Source: Rebecca billardiae RCC1528 (taxonomy: Eukaryota; Protista; Haptophyta). Taken from it: 64,000 bases of DNA. This document shows, piece after piece, positions 35,086 to 46,499 of this stretch. The translations under genes and the position numbers were made by a program. Each line of letters opens with the position of its first letter. The first letter of the stretch is position 1. The stretch spans positions 620,001 through 684,000 of the forward strand of contig OZ251238.1 in the NCBI GenBank assembly GCA_965240325.2. The letters run 5' to 3'. Under the pieces are notes generated by a model, which did not search any database, had not been told where the DNA came from, and saw nothing but the letters and a program-made list of their open reading frames with translations.

Positions 35086-35543
35086 CTCTCTGCGCGGCGG
35101 CGTATAGCACTCGCTCTTCACTTCTTCAGATCTGCTGAGTGACTACGATGACACTTGACATAGTAATTAGTATAGATGCTGTCGCCAATCGGCATCGCAT
35201 AGTTCTGACGAGCGGCATAATTCTGAGGCAGCGCTGATGACTACTTCTATTTACATGCATATATATGTATATGCACGACGACTGCTGGATGATCACATCT
35301 ATAGTTAGCTAAGGACTAAGGGCGGCGCAGTGCCGTGATGTAGTCCGCGCGTCCGGCCGTCTGCGCCGGGCCGCCGGAGGCCCGCGCGGCGTCACAGCCT
35401 GCTGGTCCTGGACACTAGTTCAGTCGCGCCATCGACGGCTGTCGTCTGCTGCCAGCGAGACGAGGCATGGCGGGCAGACTAGCCCACCATGCAGTAGACG
35501 TGCCAGCGGCGCCACGACCAGTCCAGCGCCCACGCAGCGCTGC

Positions 35544-36548
35544 TCAGCCGTAGCAGCGGATCTCGTCCGTGCAGCCCTTCTCCTTGGACTGGCCCTCCCC
35601 GAACCGGCCGCCCTTGGAGAGGTACTGCTGGTGGTACTCCTCGGCCGGCCTGAGGCCGGAGGGCGCGGCGCGAGCACGGCGCGGGTGCAGAGGGGCACAC
35701 GCGCGGCGTGAGCTCCCGCGCTGGCCGATGCGCCCGCCATGGCGGCCGCCCTGGCGGCGCGTCACGGCAGCCCCTCCCCTCCGCGCGGCGGTGTGCGCAA
35801 GCGGCGCACCAGAAGACGGCCGCCTCCTCGATCTCGGTCTGGATCTTGGGCGCGCCGTCACCGTTCGCTTCCCGCAGCTGCTCCTGCAGCGAGTTGATCA
35901 TGGCCTCCGCCGTCTCGCGCTGCTCGGGCGTGTTCGGGTAGATGCCGTGGCGATACTGCGGGCGCGCGCGCACGATGGCAGCGGTCGCACCGCGCAGGTG
36001 AGCCACTGCTGGGCATGCACGGGCCGCCCCGCTCGCGCAAGCGGAGGGCACACCTGGGGGCCGCGGTCGTTGCCGACCTGGTCCTTGAGGAACATCGACC
36101 GGCCCAGCCGGCTCATGAGCACGCCGCACAGCTGCTCGTACGTAACCTCCTTCGGGTCGTACAGGAGTTGCACCGCCTCCGTGTGCCCCGTGGTCGCCGA
36201 GCAGACGGCCGCGTACGTGGGCTTCTGGAGCTGGCCCTGTGCGTAGCCGACCGCGGTGGCGACCACGCCGGGCACGCGCTGGTACGCCAGCTCGATGCCC
36301 CAGAAGCAGCCGCCCGCGAAAGTGGCCACCTTGAACCCATCGCTGCTCTCGGTCGGGATCACGCCCGCCAGCGCGTTCTCACCCGCCTCCTTGCCCCACG
36401 ATGGCCGCCCTGCGAGGGTGGAGTAGTCGATGGTGGGCATGGCGTTGCCCAGGATCGAGGAGAAGAGGTTCATGCGCACGGCCGCGCGGGGCACCGTGGT
36501 GCGCACGGGCGACACCGCCGCGAGGTGCGCGATCACGACGGCGAGCAT
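35544..36548 (-). CDS. msrA: Peptide methionine sulfoxide reductase A, probably plastid-targeted
   Basis: FAGGCFWG, GHTEAV, QVGNDRGPQ|YRHGIY and PAEEYHQQYL. Two introns. Signal/transit-like leader. Confidence 0.93.
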
Positions 36549-37156
36549 GCTGGGCGATTTGGCGGGCGCGATACCTCACGTCCGCACTCCAGCTGCCCGT
36601 TGGAAGCTTCGCGAAGCGCCACAGGTGGCACGATGGCGGCGATCAGACTCTTGTCTCGCTTGCTTTCGAGCGGGTGCGACGAGGGATCGTGGCCAGGGCA
36701 ACCTTTAACATGGACGTGCTTGAGGCGAGGTACAGTAGGGCTCGCACCCGGGACTTCCAAGGGGGCTGATATGAGTCGATGCCGGGCTTCGGCTGTCGGC
36801 TGAGCAGCGCGCCGGATGCGGCCCGATTCGGCGCGGACGGTCCGGATGTGAGGCACCGTTGGTCGACAAGCACGGGATACGCGCCAGCAGAGCACGCAAC
36901 GCACGCAGAATGCTGGCCAATGACGCCACGGGAGTTGTGAACCGTCGATGTGAACGCGCATGTTGTGCAAGGTGCTAGGCAAAGGACACCACTCCACCGC
37001 CCTCGCCTGCGCCGCCGCCATCGTGCGAGCCGCCACCACTCGCGTCTCAAAATGGAAAATTCCCGTTTCAAAAATCTAGGAATCTAAACCGAACAGAAAA
37101 CAGAAAACCCGCGCCCAGGCTTCGGGCGGGGCTGCCAGTCGTTTCGCCTGGGCAAG

Positions 37157-38440
37157 ATGGCGCTCGCTACGGCGCAGGCGTCGTACGGCTCGTTCCATTA
37201 CGACGCCCTCCCGTACCATGGGATGACGTACAAGTCGGTAGCGATGACGAGCTGGACGCCAAAGGATGCGCATGGCCAGTTCTCCATGAGCTTCGAGAAG
37301 AAGGTGCGCCGCGCCGCGCGCTTGCGTGCGCAGACACGTGCTCTGCGCGTGCCCTCGGCGACTGACGAGCCGCGATCGTCTGTGCGCGCACCGCGCAGCC
37401 GCCGACGGCCGGGAAGATCAAGTACCTGCAGTCTGCCAAGGAGCTCAACACCAACGTGCTCCAGCGCTACGGCGGCACGCGCGTCGGCCTCGGCCGCCCG
37501 CAGTCAGAGACGTCGTCAGCATATCCGTTCCGCCACCCCGAAATCAGCCGCCCGTCGAGCGCCGAGCTGCTGCAGCTGTACGAGGAGCTCGCCGCGCCCG
37601 TCGAGTACAAGACGACCGCGCCCTCCGAGGGCCCGATCCCCGACTTCCTCTCGCGCTCTCGCGAGGAGCACCGCCCGCGCTCGCGCGCGGCGACCGCGCA
37701 GCACCGGCTGCGCACCCGGATCACGAGCAAGCACATCCCGCCCTCGGCGGGCTCGTCGATCGCGTCGTCGATGGCGTCGATCGTGGTGCCGCGGGCGGAG
37801 GGGGACACGGCGCTCACGCAGACGAGCCACATCTACCTGCGCGAGGGCGGCGGTGGGCGCAAGGTCGTCGCGCTCAAGTACGGCACCGACTCGGCCGCAG
37901 AGGCGGACGCTCCCGCGGCTGAGCAGCCGCCCGCAGCTGCCTCGCGCTGGCCTGAGCCCAGGTACACCATGGGCACATCGACGTCGTTCCGGCCGCGCAC
38001 TGCGGAGGAGTACTCGCACCGGGTCATCGCGCCGCTCAACACCACCGGGCAGCTCGACCGCATGCGCCAGCCTGCGCCAGACTACCTGCGGCCGGTGCGT
38101 GCTGCGCGCGCGCGACGCCTGCGCCGCGCGCGCCCACTGCCGGCCGTCGCACGGCAGATGCCAGGCGCGCGCGCAGCTGACTCGCCGCCTCCTTGCCCCC
38201 ACCGTGCGCCCTGCTCGGCGTGGTCTGGCCTCGGCGCGCGCCCTCCCCTCGCGCGAGCAGCCGGCGCACCCGCGCACGCAGCTCTTCGTCTGGCAAAAGG
38301 GCACGCCGATGCAGCTCGGCGAGCCCTCGACGGCAGTCCGCCCGTCGACGAGCTCGAGCGGGGCGCGGCCAGACTACTACGTGCTCGTCTCGGACGACTT
38401 CGAGAAGGGCGGCTTCCAGCGCGTGACGAGGAGCCGCTGA
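37157..38440 (+). CDS. Hypothetical protein (3 exons)
   Basis: Coding-like segments joined by GTGCG...GCAG introns (~37303-37398, ~38095-38281). No recognised domain. Confidence 0.55.
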   Translation: MALATAQASYGSFHYDALPYHGMTYKSVAMTSWTPKDAHGQFSMSFEKKVRRAARLRAQTRALRVPSATDEPRSSVRAPRSRRRPGRSSTCSLPRSSTPTCSSATAARASASAARSQRRRQHIRSATPKSAARRAPSCCSCTRSSPRPSSTRRPRPPRARSPTSSRALARSTARARARRPRSTGCAPGSRASTSRPRRARRSRRRWRRSWCRGRRGTRRSRRRATSTCARAAVGARSSRSSTAPTRPQRRTLPRLSSRPQLPRAGLSPGTPWAHRRRSGRALRRSTRTGSSRRSTPPGSSTACASLRQTTCGRCVLRARDACAARAHCRPSHGRCQARAQLTRRLLAPTVRPARRGLASARALPSREQPAHPRTQLFVWQKGTPMQLGEPSTAVRPSTSSSGARPDYYVLVSDDFEKGGFQRVTRSR

Positions 38441-39195
38441 GCGCGTGGCAGGGCGCGCGTGGAGGGCGTATTGGTGACGGGCGCGCGCTCGCCCCCGCAC
38501 ACCCGTGGCCCGTGCTTGTCTGACCAGCTGGCAGCTGGCAGCTCACTCACGTGGTCGTGCGCAGATAGCGCGGCGCAGGCTTGGCTGGGATCTTAGGATC
38601 TCACTGGCCGGTATGTGCCAAGCCGAACCGTCGTCGTATGCGCAGCCACATGCGGCCGCCTGCACACAGCGCCAGCCGCTACGGCCATGTCTACATCGGC
38701 ATCACTCCTCATGTCACGACCACGCGCGCCCCGGCTTGGACTTTGGCCTTGGGCCGCTCCGCGTCCGCGGCACGGCCACGGGCGTCCGGTCGCGTCAGCG
38801 TGCGGCGTGCGCAGGCCGTGTGAGTAAGTCACGCGGACCGCGAATCGTCCGCGGGCAGGGCAGCATTCTGACGGGCTGCCGATGCCGACTCAAGTGCATG
38901 CCAAGAGGACAGGTCCGCGGTGACGACCGGCGTCGGGCGTTGCCAATGCCAGACCCAGTCGATGGACGAGCGATGACGATATTGTCGCGCGTCTTAGTCT
39001 TATAGACTTATAATACTATAGCAGTCTTTGTACATTAATATTACTGTCTGTAGATCGACTCGCCTGCCTGAGCTGTGTGCGTCTCTTATTCTTAGTAAAC
39101 TGTAAAGTAGTCTTGTAACACAGTACTTGTAACACAAGGCTCACGGTGGCAGGTTGCCGCGCAAACGAGGCACGCTTGCAGCCTTGCACGGCAGC

Positions 39196-39786
39196 ATGGC
39201 TTCCGCCGATCAGCCGACCCGTGAGGTGGCCGAGGCGTCGCTCGACTTCCTCGCGATGGAGATGGTGGAGCACATGCTGCAGTCGCAAACACCGCACGAA
39301 CCCGCTGGCGTGAAGCTCGAGGCGACCGGCTACGCCGTGGGCCAGCGGCTCGCGGAGCGCACGACCGCCAGCCGGCCACCCCTCGCCGACACGTTGGATG
39401 TCGTCAAGTTTGTGTGCAAGGAGTTCTGGTACGAGGTGTTCCGTAAGCAGGTGGACAACTTGCGCACGAACCACCGCGGAGTGTATGTCCTGCAGGATAA
39501 CCGCGTGCGCTGGCTCGCCCGGCTCTCGCCCTCGCCAACCGACAGCGCAAGCGTGCGCACCAAGGCCACGCTCCTTGCGAGCTTTCCCTGCGGCCTGATT
39601 CGCGGCGCGCTCAGCACGTTTGGCATCGACGCGCTGGTCAGCGCAGAGCTCACGGCGCTCCCTGGTTGCCAGTTCACAATAAAGATCGTGCCGCCTGCGC
39701 CCTCGGCGGCCCAGGCAGGGGCTGGTGCGAACATTCCGGCGGCAGCGGCGGCAGGCCCGCCTCCGGCGATGCAGGCTACGACGTGA
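39196..39786 (+). CDS. TRAPPC6: TRAPP complex subunit 6 (Trs33)
   Basis: KLEATGYAVGQRLAER, LDVVKFVCKEFW, KQVDNLRTNHRGVYVLQDN and FPCGLIRGAL. Confidence 0.95.
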   Translation: MASADQPTREVAEASLDFLAMEMVEHMLQSQTPHEPAGVKLEATGYAVGQRLAERTTASRPPLADTLDVVKFVCKEFWYEVFRKQVDNLRTNHRGVYVLQDNRVRWLARLSPSPTDSASVRTKATLLASFPCGLIRGALSTFGIDALVSAELTALPGCQFTIKIVPPAPSAAQAGAGANIPAAAAAGPPPAMQATT

Positions 39787-40279
39787 GTCTCTGCAGCAGC
39801 CCGAGTCAGATCGAACGTCGGTCTTCTTCGCCAGCGCGCTCGGAGTCAAGTGATGAACCAGCCCGCGCCGACCACGTGGGCCGCTACTCGCTAGTCCTCG
39901 CGCTTGGCGGCCGCCAGTTGAACCCGGAGACGGGAAGAGACTAGGCCGCAGTGGGCTCAGGGCTGGCTCCTCATCACACAGTGACTGCTAAGTGGGCACT
40001 CAGTCCTCATCACATCAATATCCTCATAGTCCATGCAATGACGATCGGCGTCGTCATGACACGGTGCGGTCCCCGGGTGCGCCAGCCGCCGTGCGTGAGT
40101 GGCGTCGTCACTGACACTGCGGCTCTGCGCCAGTTACAGTTTCGGCGGTTTGCGTACCGCACGGACTGACCGCCACGGTAGCATATATAATTGTCTGCGC
40201 GTTGTAGTGTTATACCGTGTCCCGGCTCCGAGACTTGTATTGACGACGACAGAATCCGCCGCGCCGCCGAAGACTATAT

Positions 40280-40280
<1 letters not shown>

Positions 40281-40371
<91 letters not shown>

Positions 40372-40390
40372 GAGAGAGAGTCAGAGAGAG
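40281..40390. repeat. (GA)n microsatellite
   Basis: About 43 perfect units plus an interrupted tail. Confidence 0.97.
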
Positions 40391-40970
40391 CTGGACTATG
40401 AGTGACACAGTATTACTCCCAGAGACCCAGACCCATCAGTCCCGGGCCCGGCCGATCCGACGCAGCCCGAGCGCCCGCGTGATTATAGCTGCGCGCTGAC
40501 TCAGTCAGACTGCGATACGCAGATACGGGATTACGGCCACTAGTCACTAGATAGAATATGGCCTATGGGCTGCTGTGACCGCGGTGACGATCCGCGGCTG
40601 CGCTGGCTCCATGATATGATACTGTCTGCGTCTGTACCGTCGCGGAGTGGTAGAAGTGGACGACGTGGTTGTGGAAGCCACCCCACCGGCACCGTGGCCG
40701 TGTGGCATGCCCGCTTGAGTCTGACTCCACTGACACTCGCAGCGCTCTCTCTGAGTAGACTCTCTCCGACGGCGACGGGCGACTCTCCAGCAGGACCCGG
40801 CAAAAAAGAACCCGTCGGAAATCGACTCCGGCAAGCACAAACGTGCCGGCCCCGTCGATCTTCCGCCGACGGCGTCTGTGGCCGATCGTGCCTCCCCGTC
40901 CGGCAATGTGCCGGCCACGCCTCGCCACCTCGGCGATCGGCCCTGCACGCGCCAAGTCGGTCCCATCGGC

Positions 40971-43211
40971 ATGGACGACGATGCGGCTGGCGCCGAGAGC
41001 CCGGGCGCCGGTGCCACACAGCTCACCCCGCTCGAGCTCGGCGCGTGCCTCCTCGTGCTCCTCGTCCCGATCGGCGCCTCTCGACTCCTCGGCATCGGCC
41101 TCGAGCTGCGCGTGCTGCTCGCGGCGTTTCGTGCGACGTCGCAGCTGCTCTTCCTCGGCTGCGTGATGCTCGAGCCGATCTTCGGCGCGGTCTCGCCCCT
41201 GCCCGTCGGCGGGTACCTCGTCTTCATGCTCACCATCGCCGCGCTCGAGGCCGCGACGCGCAGCATCTACCACTACCCGGGCCTGCTGCGCGACACGCTG
41301 CTGGCCGTGTTCGTGGGCGCGGGCGCGGTGCTCGCGTACGCGGTCGTCGCCGTTCTGCGCACGGCGGCGCGGCCGTGGTGGAGCCCGCGCTTCGTGATCC
41401 CCATCGCCGGGATGCTCATCGGCAGCTCGATCAGCTCGACGACCATCGGCCTCGACCGCGTGCTCACGGAGCTCGCCGAGCGCACGAGCGCTCTCGAGCT
41501 GCGTCTGGCGCTTGGCGCCGGGCTGCACGAGGCGCTGCGCCCGGCGGTGCGCGCGGCGTTCACGGCGGGGCTCACGCCCTCGCTGAACCAGCTCTCGGTC
41601 GCCGGGCTCGTCTCGATCCCCGGCATGATGACGGGCCAGATCCTCGGCGGCCAGGCGCCCGCGGCCGCGGCCACATATCAGATCGCCATCTTGTTCCTAA
41701 TCAATGTGACGACCTCGGCGTGCCTCGGGCTCGGCTCGTGGCTGGCGATCCGGGCGGTGTCGGTCACGCGGCACCACCGCTTCCGCACGCACCTGCTGCG
41801 CAAGCGCGACGGGCCAAAGGTCGACATCCTCACCGCGCTCGTCGTGAACGCGGGTGCCTTGCTCCGCCGCTGCGTGCGCGGCCGCGGCGTGGCTGAAGGC
41901 TCGCCTGCCTCGCCGCGCGGCGGCGCGCCCGGCGGTGCCGACGCGGAGCAGTGCGGCGCTGAGCCGGGTCCTGCGCTCGCTGAGCTAGTGCCAACCGCTC
42001 GCGGCCACAACGCTGCGACGCCCGTGCCCGCCGGCACGAGGCCCGGTGGTGCGCTCGTTGGGCAAGCCGGCGCGCCGGCAGCGCATGCGGCGCGCAGCAG
42101 CCCAGCAGCCTCAGAGGCGCCCAGTGCCGCGAGCAGCGCAGGCAGTGGATGGGTGGGCAGCCTTGGGGCCATCAAGATGTCCGCGCTCATGCGCCGCGCG
42201 GTCAAGCCGCGCGGCGCGCCCGAGGACCTGAAGCGCGCGCTGCTCCCTGACGAGGAGGCGGGCCCCTCGCCGCCCCCAGCCGACACGCCGAAAGGAAGCG
42301 CGCGCGCGGCGCCCGCGGCTGCCGATGGCGCGACGCAGCAGGACGGCGCGCACACGGGCGAGCGCTCGGGCGCGGGCGCGAGCGTGGCTATTCGGCTGCA
42401 CCTGCGGGCTCTCGAGGTGGCCCGCCCGCTCGTGGCCGCGACGGCCGCGTCGCCGCGCGGCGGCGCCCCGTCCAAGGCTGCGCTGCTGCGGCTGCCCTCT
42501 GAGCTCAGCCTGCGGCCAGGGGAGCTGATGGCTGTGACCGGCCCCTCCGGCGTGGGCAAGTCTCGGCTGCTGCGTGCCGTGGCAGCGCTGGATGCGCCGC
42601 ACAGCGGGAGCTTCGCGCTGGAGCTCGCTCCGCGGGGCGGCGGCGAGGCGGAGGGCGGCGCGTGGCTCGTCGGGCCGTCGGAGCTGCGCGAGCCGCTGTG
42701 GCGCACGCTCGTGCGCTACCTGCCCCAGAACATCCCGCCGCTGCGCTCGTCCGCCTCCGCCCTCCTCACGGACGTGCTCAGCTTCAGCGCGCTCGAGCGC
42801 AGGAGCGCGCGGCTCGCGCGCGCGGGCGCGCCTGCGGCCGTGGCGGCGGCGGCTACGCTCGACACGGCGGAGGTGGTGCACGCGCGCTTGGTGCGGCTGG
42901 CGACGGCCTGCGGACTCGCCGCCGCTGACGTCGATCGGCCGCTCGACGACCTCTCGGGTGGCGAGCGCCACCGCGCCGCGCTCGCGCTCACGCTGAGCCT
43001 CGGCCCGGGGGTCGTGCTGCTCGACGAGCCGACGGGCGCGTGCGACGGCGCGACCGCGGGCAAGGTGGAGCGCGCCGTGAGCGGCGCGTGCGCCGAGCTG
43101 GGCCTGAGCGTGCTGTGGGTGACGCACGACCCGGCGCAAGCCGATCGCATTGGCGCGCGTGCGCTGCGCTGTCGCGCGCCCGCCGAGATCAATGGCGATG
43201 CCGATGTGTGA
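40971..43211 (+). CDS. Fusion of UPF0014 permease (FetB/YbbM/STAR2/ALS3) and ABC ATPase (FetA/YbbL/STAR1)
   Basis: PWWSPRFVIPIAGMLIG and GLVSIPGMMTGQILGG..P..AA.YQI, then GPSGVGKS, LSGGE, LLDEPT and VTHD in one uninterrupted ORF. Confidence 0.88.
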   Translation: MDDDAAGAESPGAGATQLTPLELGACLLVLLVPIGASRLLGIGLELRVLLAAFRATSQLLFLGCVMLEPIFGAVSPLPVGGYLVFMLTIAALEAATRSIYHYPGLLRDTLLAVFVGAGAVLAYAVVAVLRTAARPWWSPRFVIPIAGMLIGSSISSTTIGLDRVLTELAERTSALELRLALGAGLHEALRPAVRAAFTAGLTPSLNQLSVAGLVSIPGMMTGQILGGQAPAAAATYQIAILFLINVTTSACLGLGSWLAIRAVSVTRHHRFRTHLLRKRDGPKVDILTALVVNAGALLRRCVRGRGVAEGSPASPRGGAPGGADAEQCGAEPGPALAELVPTARGHNAATPVPAGTRPGGALVGQAGAPAAHAARSSPAASEAPSAASSAGSGWVGSLGAIKMSALMRRAVKPRGAPEDLKRALLPDEEAGPSPPPADTPKGSARAAPAAADGATQQDGAHTGERSGAGASVAIRLHLRALEVARPLVAATAASPRGGAPSKAALLRLPSELSLRPGELMAVTGPSGVGKSRLLRAVAALDAPHSGSFALELAPRGGGEAEGGAWLVGPSELREPLWRTLVRYLPQNIPPLRSSASALLTDVLSFSALERRSARLARAGAPAAVAAAATLDTAEVVHARLVRLATACGLAAADVDRPLDDLSGGERHRAALALTLSLGPGVVLLDEPTGACDGATAGKVERAVSGACAELGLSVLWVTHDPAQADRIGARALRCRAPAEINGDADV

Positions 43212-43413
43212 CGTCACTGATGACGATGATGATGATGATGTCGTGATGGCTGATAACTACATACGACATCACTGCTGTCGTTATTGTCACAGCGCACTCT
43301 GACCGGCGGCGGGTATATAGCCGTGCCACGACCCCGGGGGCCCCGGGCCCCGGACACCCCCCGTAGGCTCCGGGCGGCAGGCTGCGTGCGCTTGCACTCA
43401 CTAAGCTAGTGAG

Positions 43414-44923
43414 TCACTTGCGGCCGAGCAAGCACTCGAGCCGATTTCGCCGCAGATCGTGCAGAAAGTGCGAGCGCCCGTACTCATAGAGCTGCACGTC
43501 GAGCTGCGTGAGGTCGGCAATCATCTGGCGCGTGCGCCGCGACAGCACGACGCCTGTTGTGTTGGTGCCCCACGTCACCTTCTTCACGTCGAGCTGCTTA
43601 CCGGTGTTGCACTTGCAGGAGTCCGGGAACTTGCCCAGCTTCTTGAGCAGCAGGCACAGCGAGGCCTGGTACTCCTCCGTCAGGCCGACGTGGAAGGCGC
43701 TGTCGATGCGCTGCTTGGCGACGGTCAGGTTGAGGTTCGCCGTCTTGGTCGCCAAGTCGAAGGGCGAGAGGCGCGCGGTCATCATGTTGTACGGGTTGAA
43801 GTAGCACTGCTTGCCATTGAGTGCGGTGCCCTCGACCTTGGTCGGGTCCACACCCTGCAGCGACTCGAGCCAGCCGTCGATGTTCGCCGGCTTGAGCACG
43901 CCCAGCATGCGCGGGATCGGTGACAGGGTCGAGTTCTGACACATTGAGAACCTGCCGCGGTGAGGGGGGGCAACGGGGGGTGCGCGCCGAGGCGCGTCGG
44001 GCAGCTGCCAGCCACGCGGCGTCCCGCGGTGGGGTCACCCTGCGCCGCGCCGCGCCGCGCCGCGCCGCGCGCGTACATCGAGATCACGTGCTTCTCCGGC
44101 TTGCGCAGCATGATCGACATGCGCATGCGCCGGTCCTGCTCCAGGTGGTGCATCGACTCGGCCCACTCGTAGTTGATCTCGCACGCGGTGAACTGGCAGC
44201 CGCCGCGCCTGGCGAGCGTGAGTGTGTGGAACATCACTCCCTCAGTGGGGCCCCACAGCTGGAAGCACTCGTGCAGCTGCACCTGCGAGCCGCACGATTT
44301 CAGCCCCGAGCGCGCGTTCACATCGCCGATGAAGGACGTGCCCGCTGCTTTGGAGCTGGCGCAGCGGCACGGCGGGGGGCGCGAGCGGTGCGCGCCGGTG
44401 TCAGATGGCGTCCCGGCACGACTGACTGCGTGTGCGGATGCACGCGTTCCTGCCGCTCGCGCGCGCACATGTGCAGAAAATAGAGCACCGGCTCCGTGGC
44501 ACGCGGTGCCGCGGCGCGTCCCCACGAGCCCCATCCACTCGTGGCGGGAGCCTTGCTCGATCCCTTCGCAAAACCACCGTCAGTAAAACCACCGTATGCC
44601 TGCCCTGCGCCCATGCCCATGGCGGGACCCATGCCCGGGCCTTTGGCGATCCCTCTACTCGCGCCAAGGCCGCCACCCTTGCCCGCGCCCTTACCTTTGC
44701 CCGCGCCCTTGCCTGCGCCCTTGCCTGCGCCCTTGCCTGCGCCCTTGCCTGCGCCCTTGCCTGCGCCTTTGCCTGCGCCTTTGCCAAACCACGCCGTCGT
44801 GCTGGGGCTTTTCGTCGTGTGGCTGGCGCCCCATAAGGGCGCCGGCATAGCCATGGGGCACAATGCCACTAGTAGAGCCAGGGCCACGGCCACGCCGCCT
44901 CCAAGGCCAGAGCGCCGCCGCAT
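43414..44923 (-). CDS. Type II membrane/secreted sulfotransferase-family protein with GKGA repeats
   Basis: Spliced motifs YFLHISKAAGTSF, IMLRKPEKHVISMF, FHVGLTEEY..SLCLL and DVQLYEY. Two introns. N-terminal hydrophobic anchor. Confidence 0.8.
44678..44785 (-). repeat. 12-bp coding tandem repeat encoding (GKGA)n
   Basis: cttgcctgcgcc-type units, about 8 copies. Confidence 0.9.
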
Positions 44924-45061
44924 CGTGACAACGCACTGCATCGACACCAACTCCAGAGCGTGACGACTTGAGGATGGCGGCGCTCTTTGCGCCGGTCGAC
45001 CCCAAGAATTACTACGCTACTACTACCTGTGTCGATCATTGAATGAGTACAGTTGACTGTG

Positions 45062-45261
45062 GTGTCAGAGCGCGCTCTCGAGCGCGTGCCTCCGAGCGCG
45101 GGGCGGCCGCTTGCTGCAATGGCCGCCTCGATGAAGTGCGGCAACGCGCCCCTCACCTGCCTGCGCCGGTCTGTTTTGTGGCGGTGTAGATCTTTGTGCA
45201 GTGTTGGATGGCGTTAATCACGCCTTAACCAAGTGTGCACGTTGAATCATAGTAAACTGTA
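45062..45261 (+). repeat. Interspersed repeat family A, copy 3
   Basis: Homologous to 8529-8746. Confidence 0.85.
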
Positions 45262-45354
45262 GTACTACTACAGAGCAACTTCTCACATTGAACATGCACT
45301 GGGTCTGGTCAGCACTCAGCCAAGGGCGGTTGACTCAGCAGTGTGTCAGGCATG

Positions 45355-45504
45355 ACTCATTCTATGATTTAGCGACACAGGTAGGACGACGCGGGTCTCC
45401 TGATTCGTCTTAATCGTCGGCGGCAGTGCCCGATCGTCGACACGAAGTCGGCGCTGGTGGCAGAGCATAGCCTGCACCGCGATCGTAAAGCTTGAGCGCG
45501 GCCT
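45355..45504 (+). repeat. Interspersed repeat family B, copy 1
   Basis: gactcattctatgattta.cgacacaggtagg...aagcttgagcgcggcc is shared with 58464-58607. Confidence 0.85.
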
Positions 45505-46499
45505 TGAGCTGCTGAAGCGCAATCCACCTGCGCTGCGCGGCTCGCACTCATGAGTGGTATATGCTTCTTGGAGTTTTTTTGGCGCCGGGGCGCGCGCTGC
45601 GCCCGGCTATCATATCAGCGCGAGGAGGGCGACGGCGTCGTGCGACGGACAACGAGCTGGTGCGCGCGGCACCCTAGCCCTCAGCCATGATCGCATTTAT
45701 ACCGTCGCGCGCCATCACACGCGCAGTCGTCGGCGGCGGCTTGTATGCGGAACATTGAGTGTACCGCTTACTAAGTAATCCGCTCGGGCGTTGCCCACCG
45801 CATAACGGACCAACTCACTCCGTCTTGCACCTGAGCATGTGCCCACAGGTGTTGACAGCACGCGTGGCGACTACAGCATGGCCCGGGCACTCTGGGCCCT
45901 GTGCAGCCGCTGCTCTCAGCAGCGTCCCAGCCCTGGCACAGAAGATGGTCAAGCCCAAACCTCGGCTTCAAGCCGCCCGGGCCGGCTGACGGGCACGCAG
46001 GCACGCACCGCGTTGGCTCGAGCGTGCATGCGGCCCGGGTGGGCCCCCGAGCTGCGCGTGTTCACGGCGCGAGATGACACGTCCGAGACCGCGAAAGTAG
46101 CGCAAGTGTCCTTCTCTAGTACACTATCAAAGCTCTCCACAAGGGGGGGGGGGGCTCGACTGTCGACCGCCGCCATTGTGCGGATACTGTATGATCAACT
46201 TCCGCGCGTTGGCGTGCAGACCCGCCGCCGCCGCCGTCTCTCGCAACATCGCGCTGCGCGCGGGCGGTGCATGCAGCCCACGGATTGGCAGCAGCTGGGC
46301 CGTTCGACCGGTTCGACCAGCAGCGCCCTGCCCGCGGTGCCGCCTGCGCGGCTGGAGGACCAGGACGGTCTCAGGTGAGTGCGCGCGCGTCGCTCGTGCC
46401 CGCCGCGGTGGGCGTCGCCGCGTCCTGACTGGCGGCATGAGCGTGCGCGTGGCTGGCGTCTGCGCGCGGCGTGTGCCCGCGCGCAGGCCGACGACGGAG

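Noticed and set aside
40191-40499. ORFs with ERERER repeats
   Set aside because: Translation of the (GA)n microsatellite.
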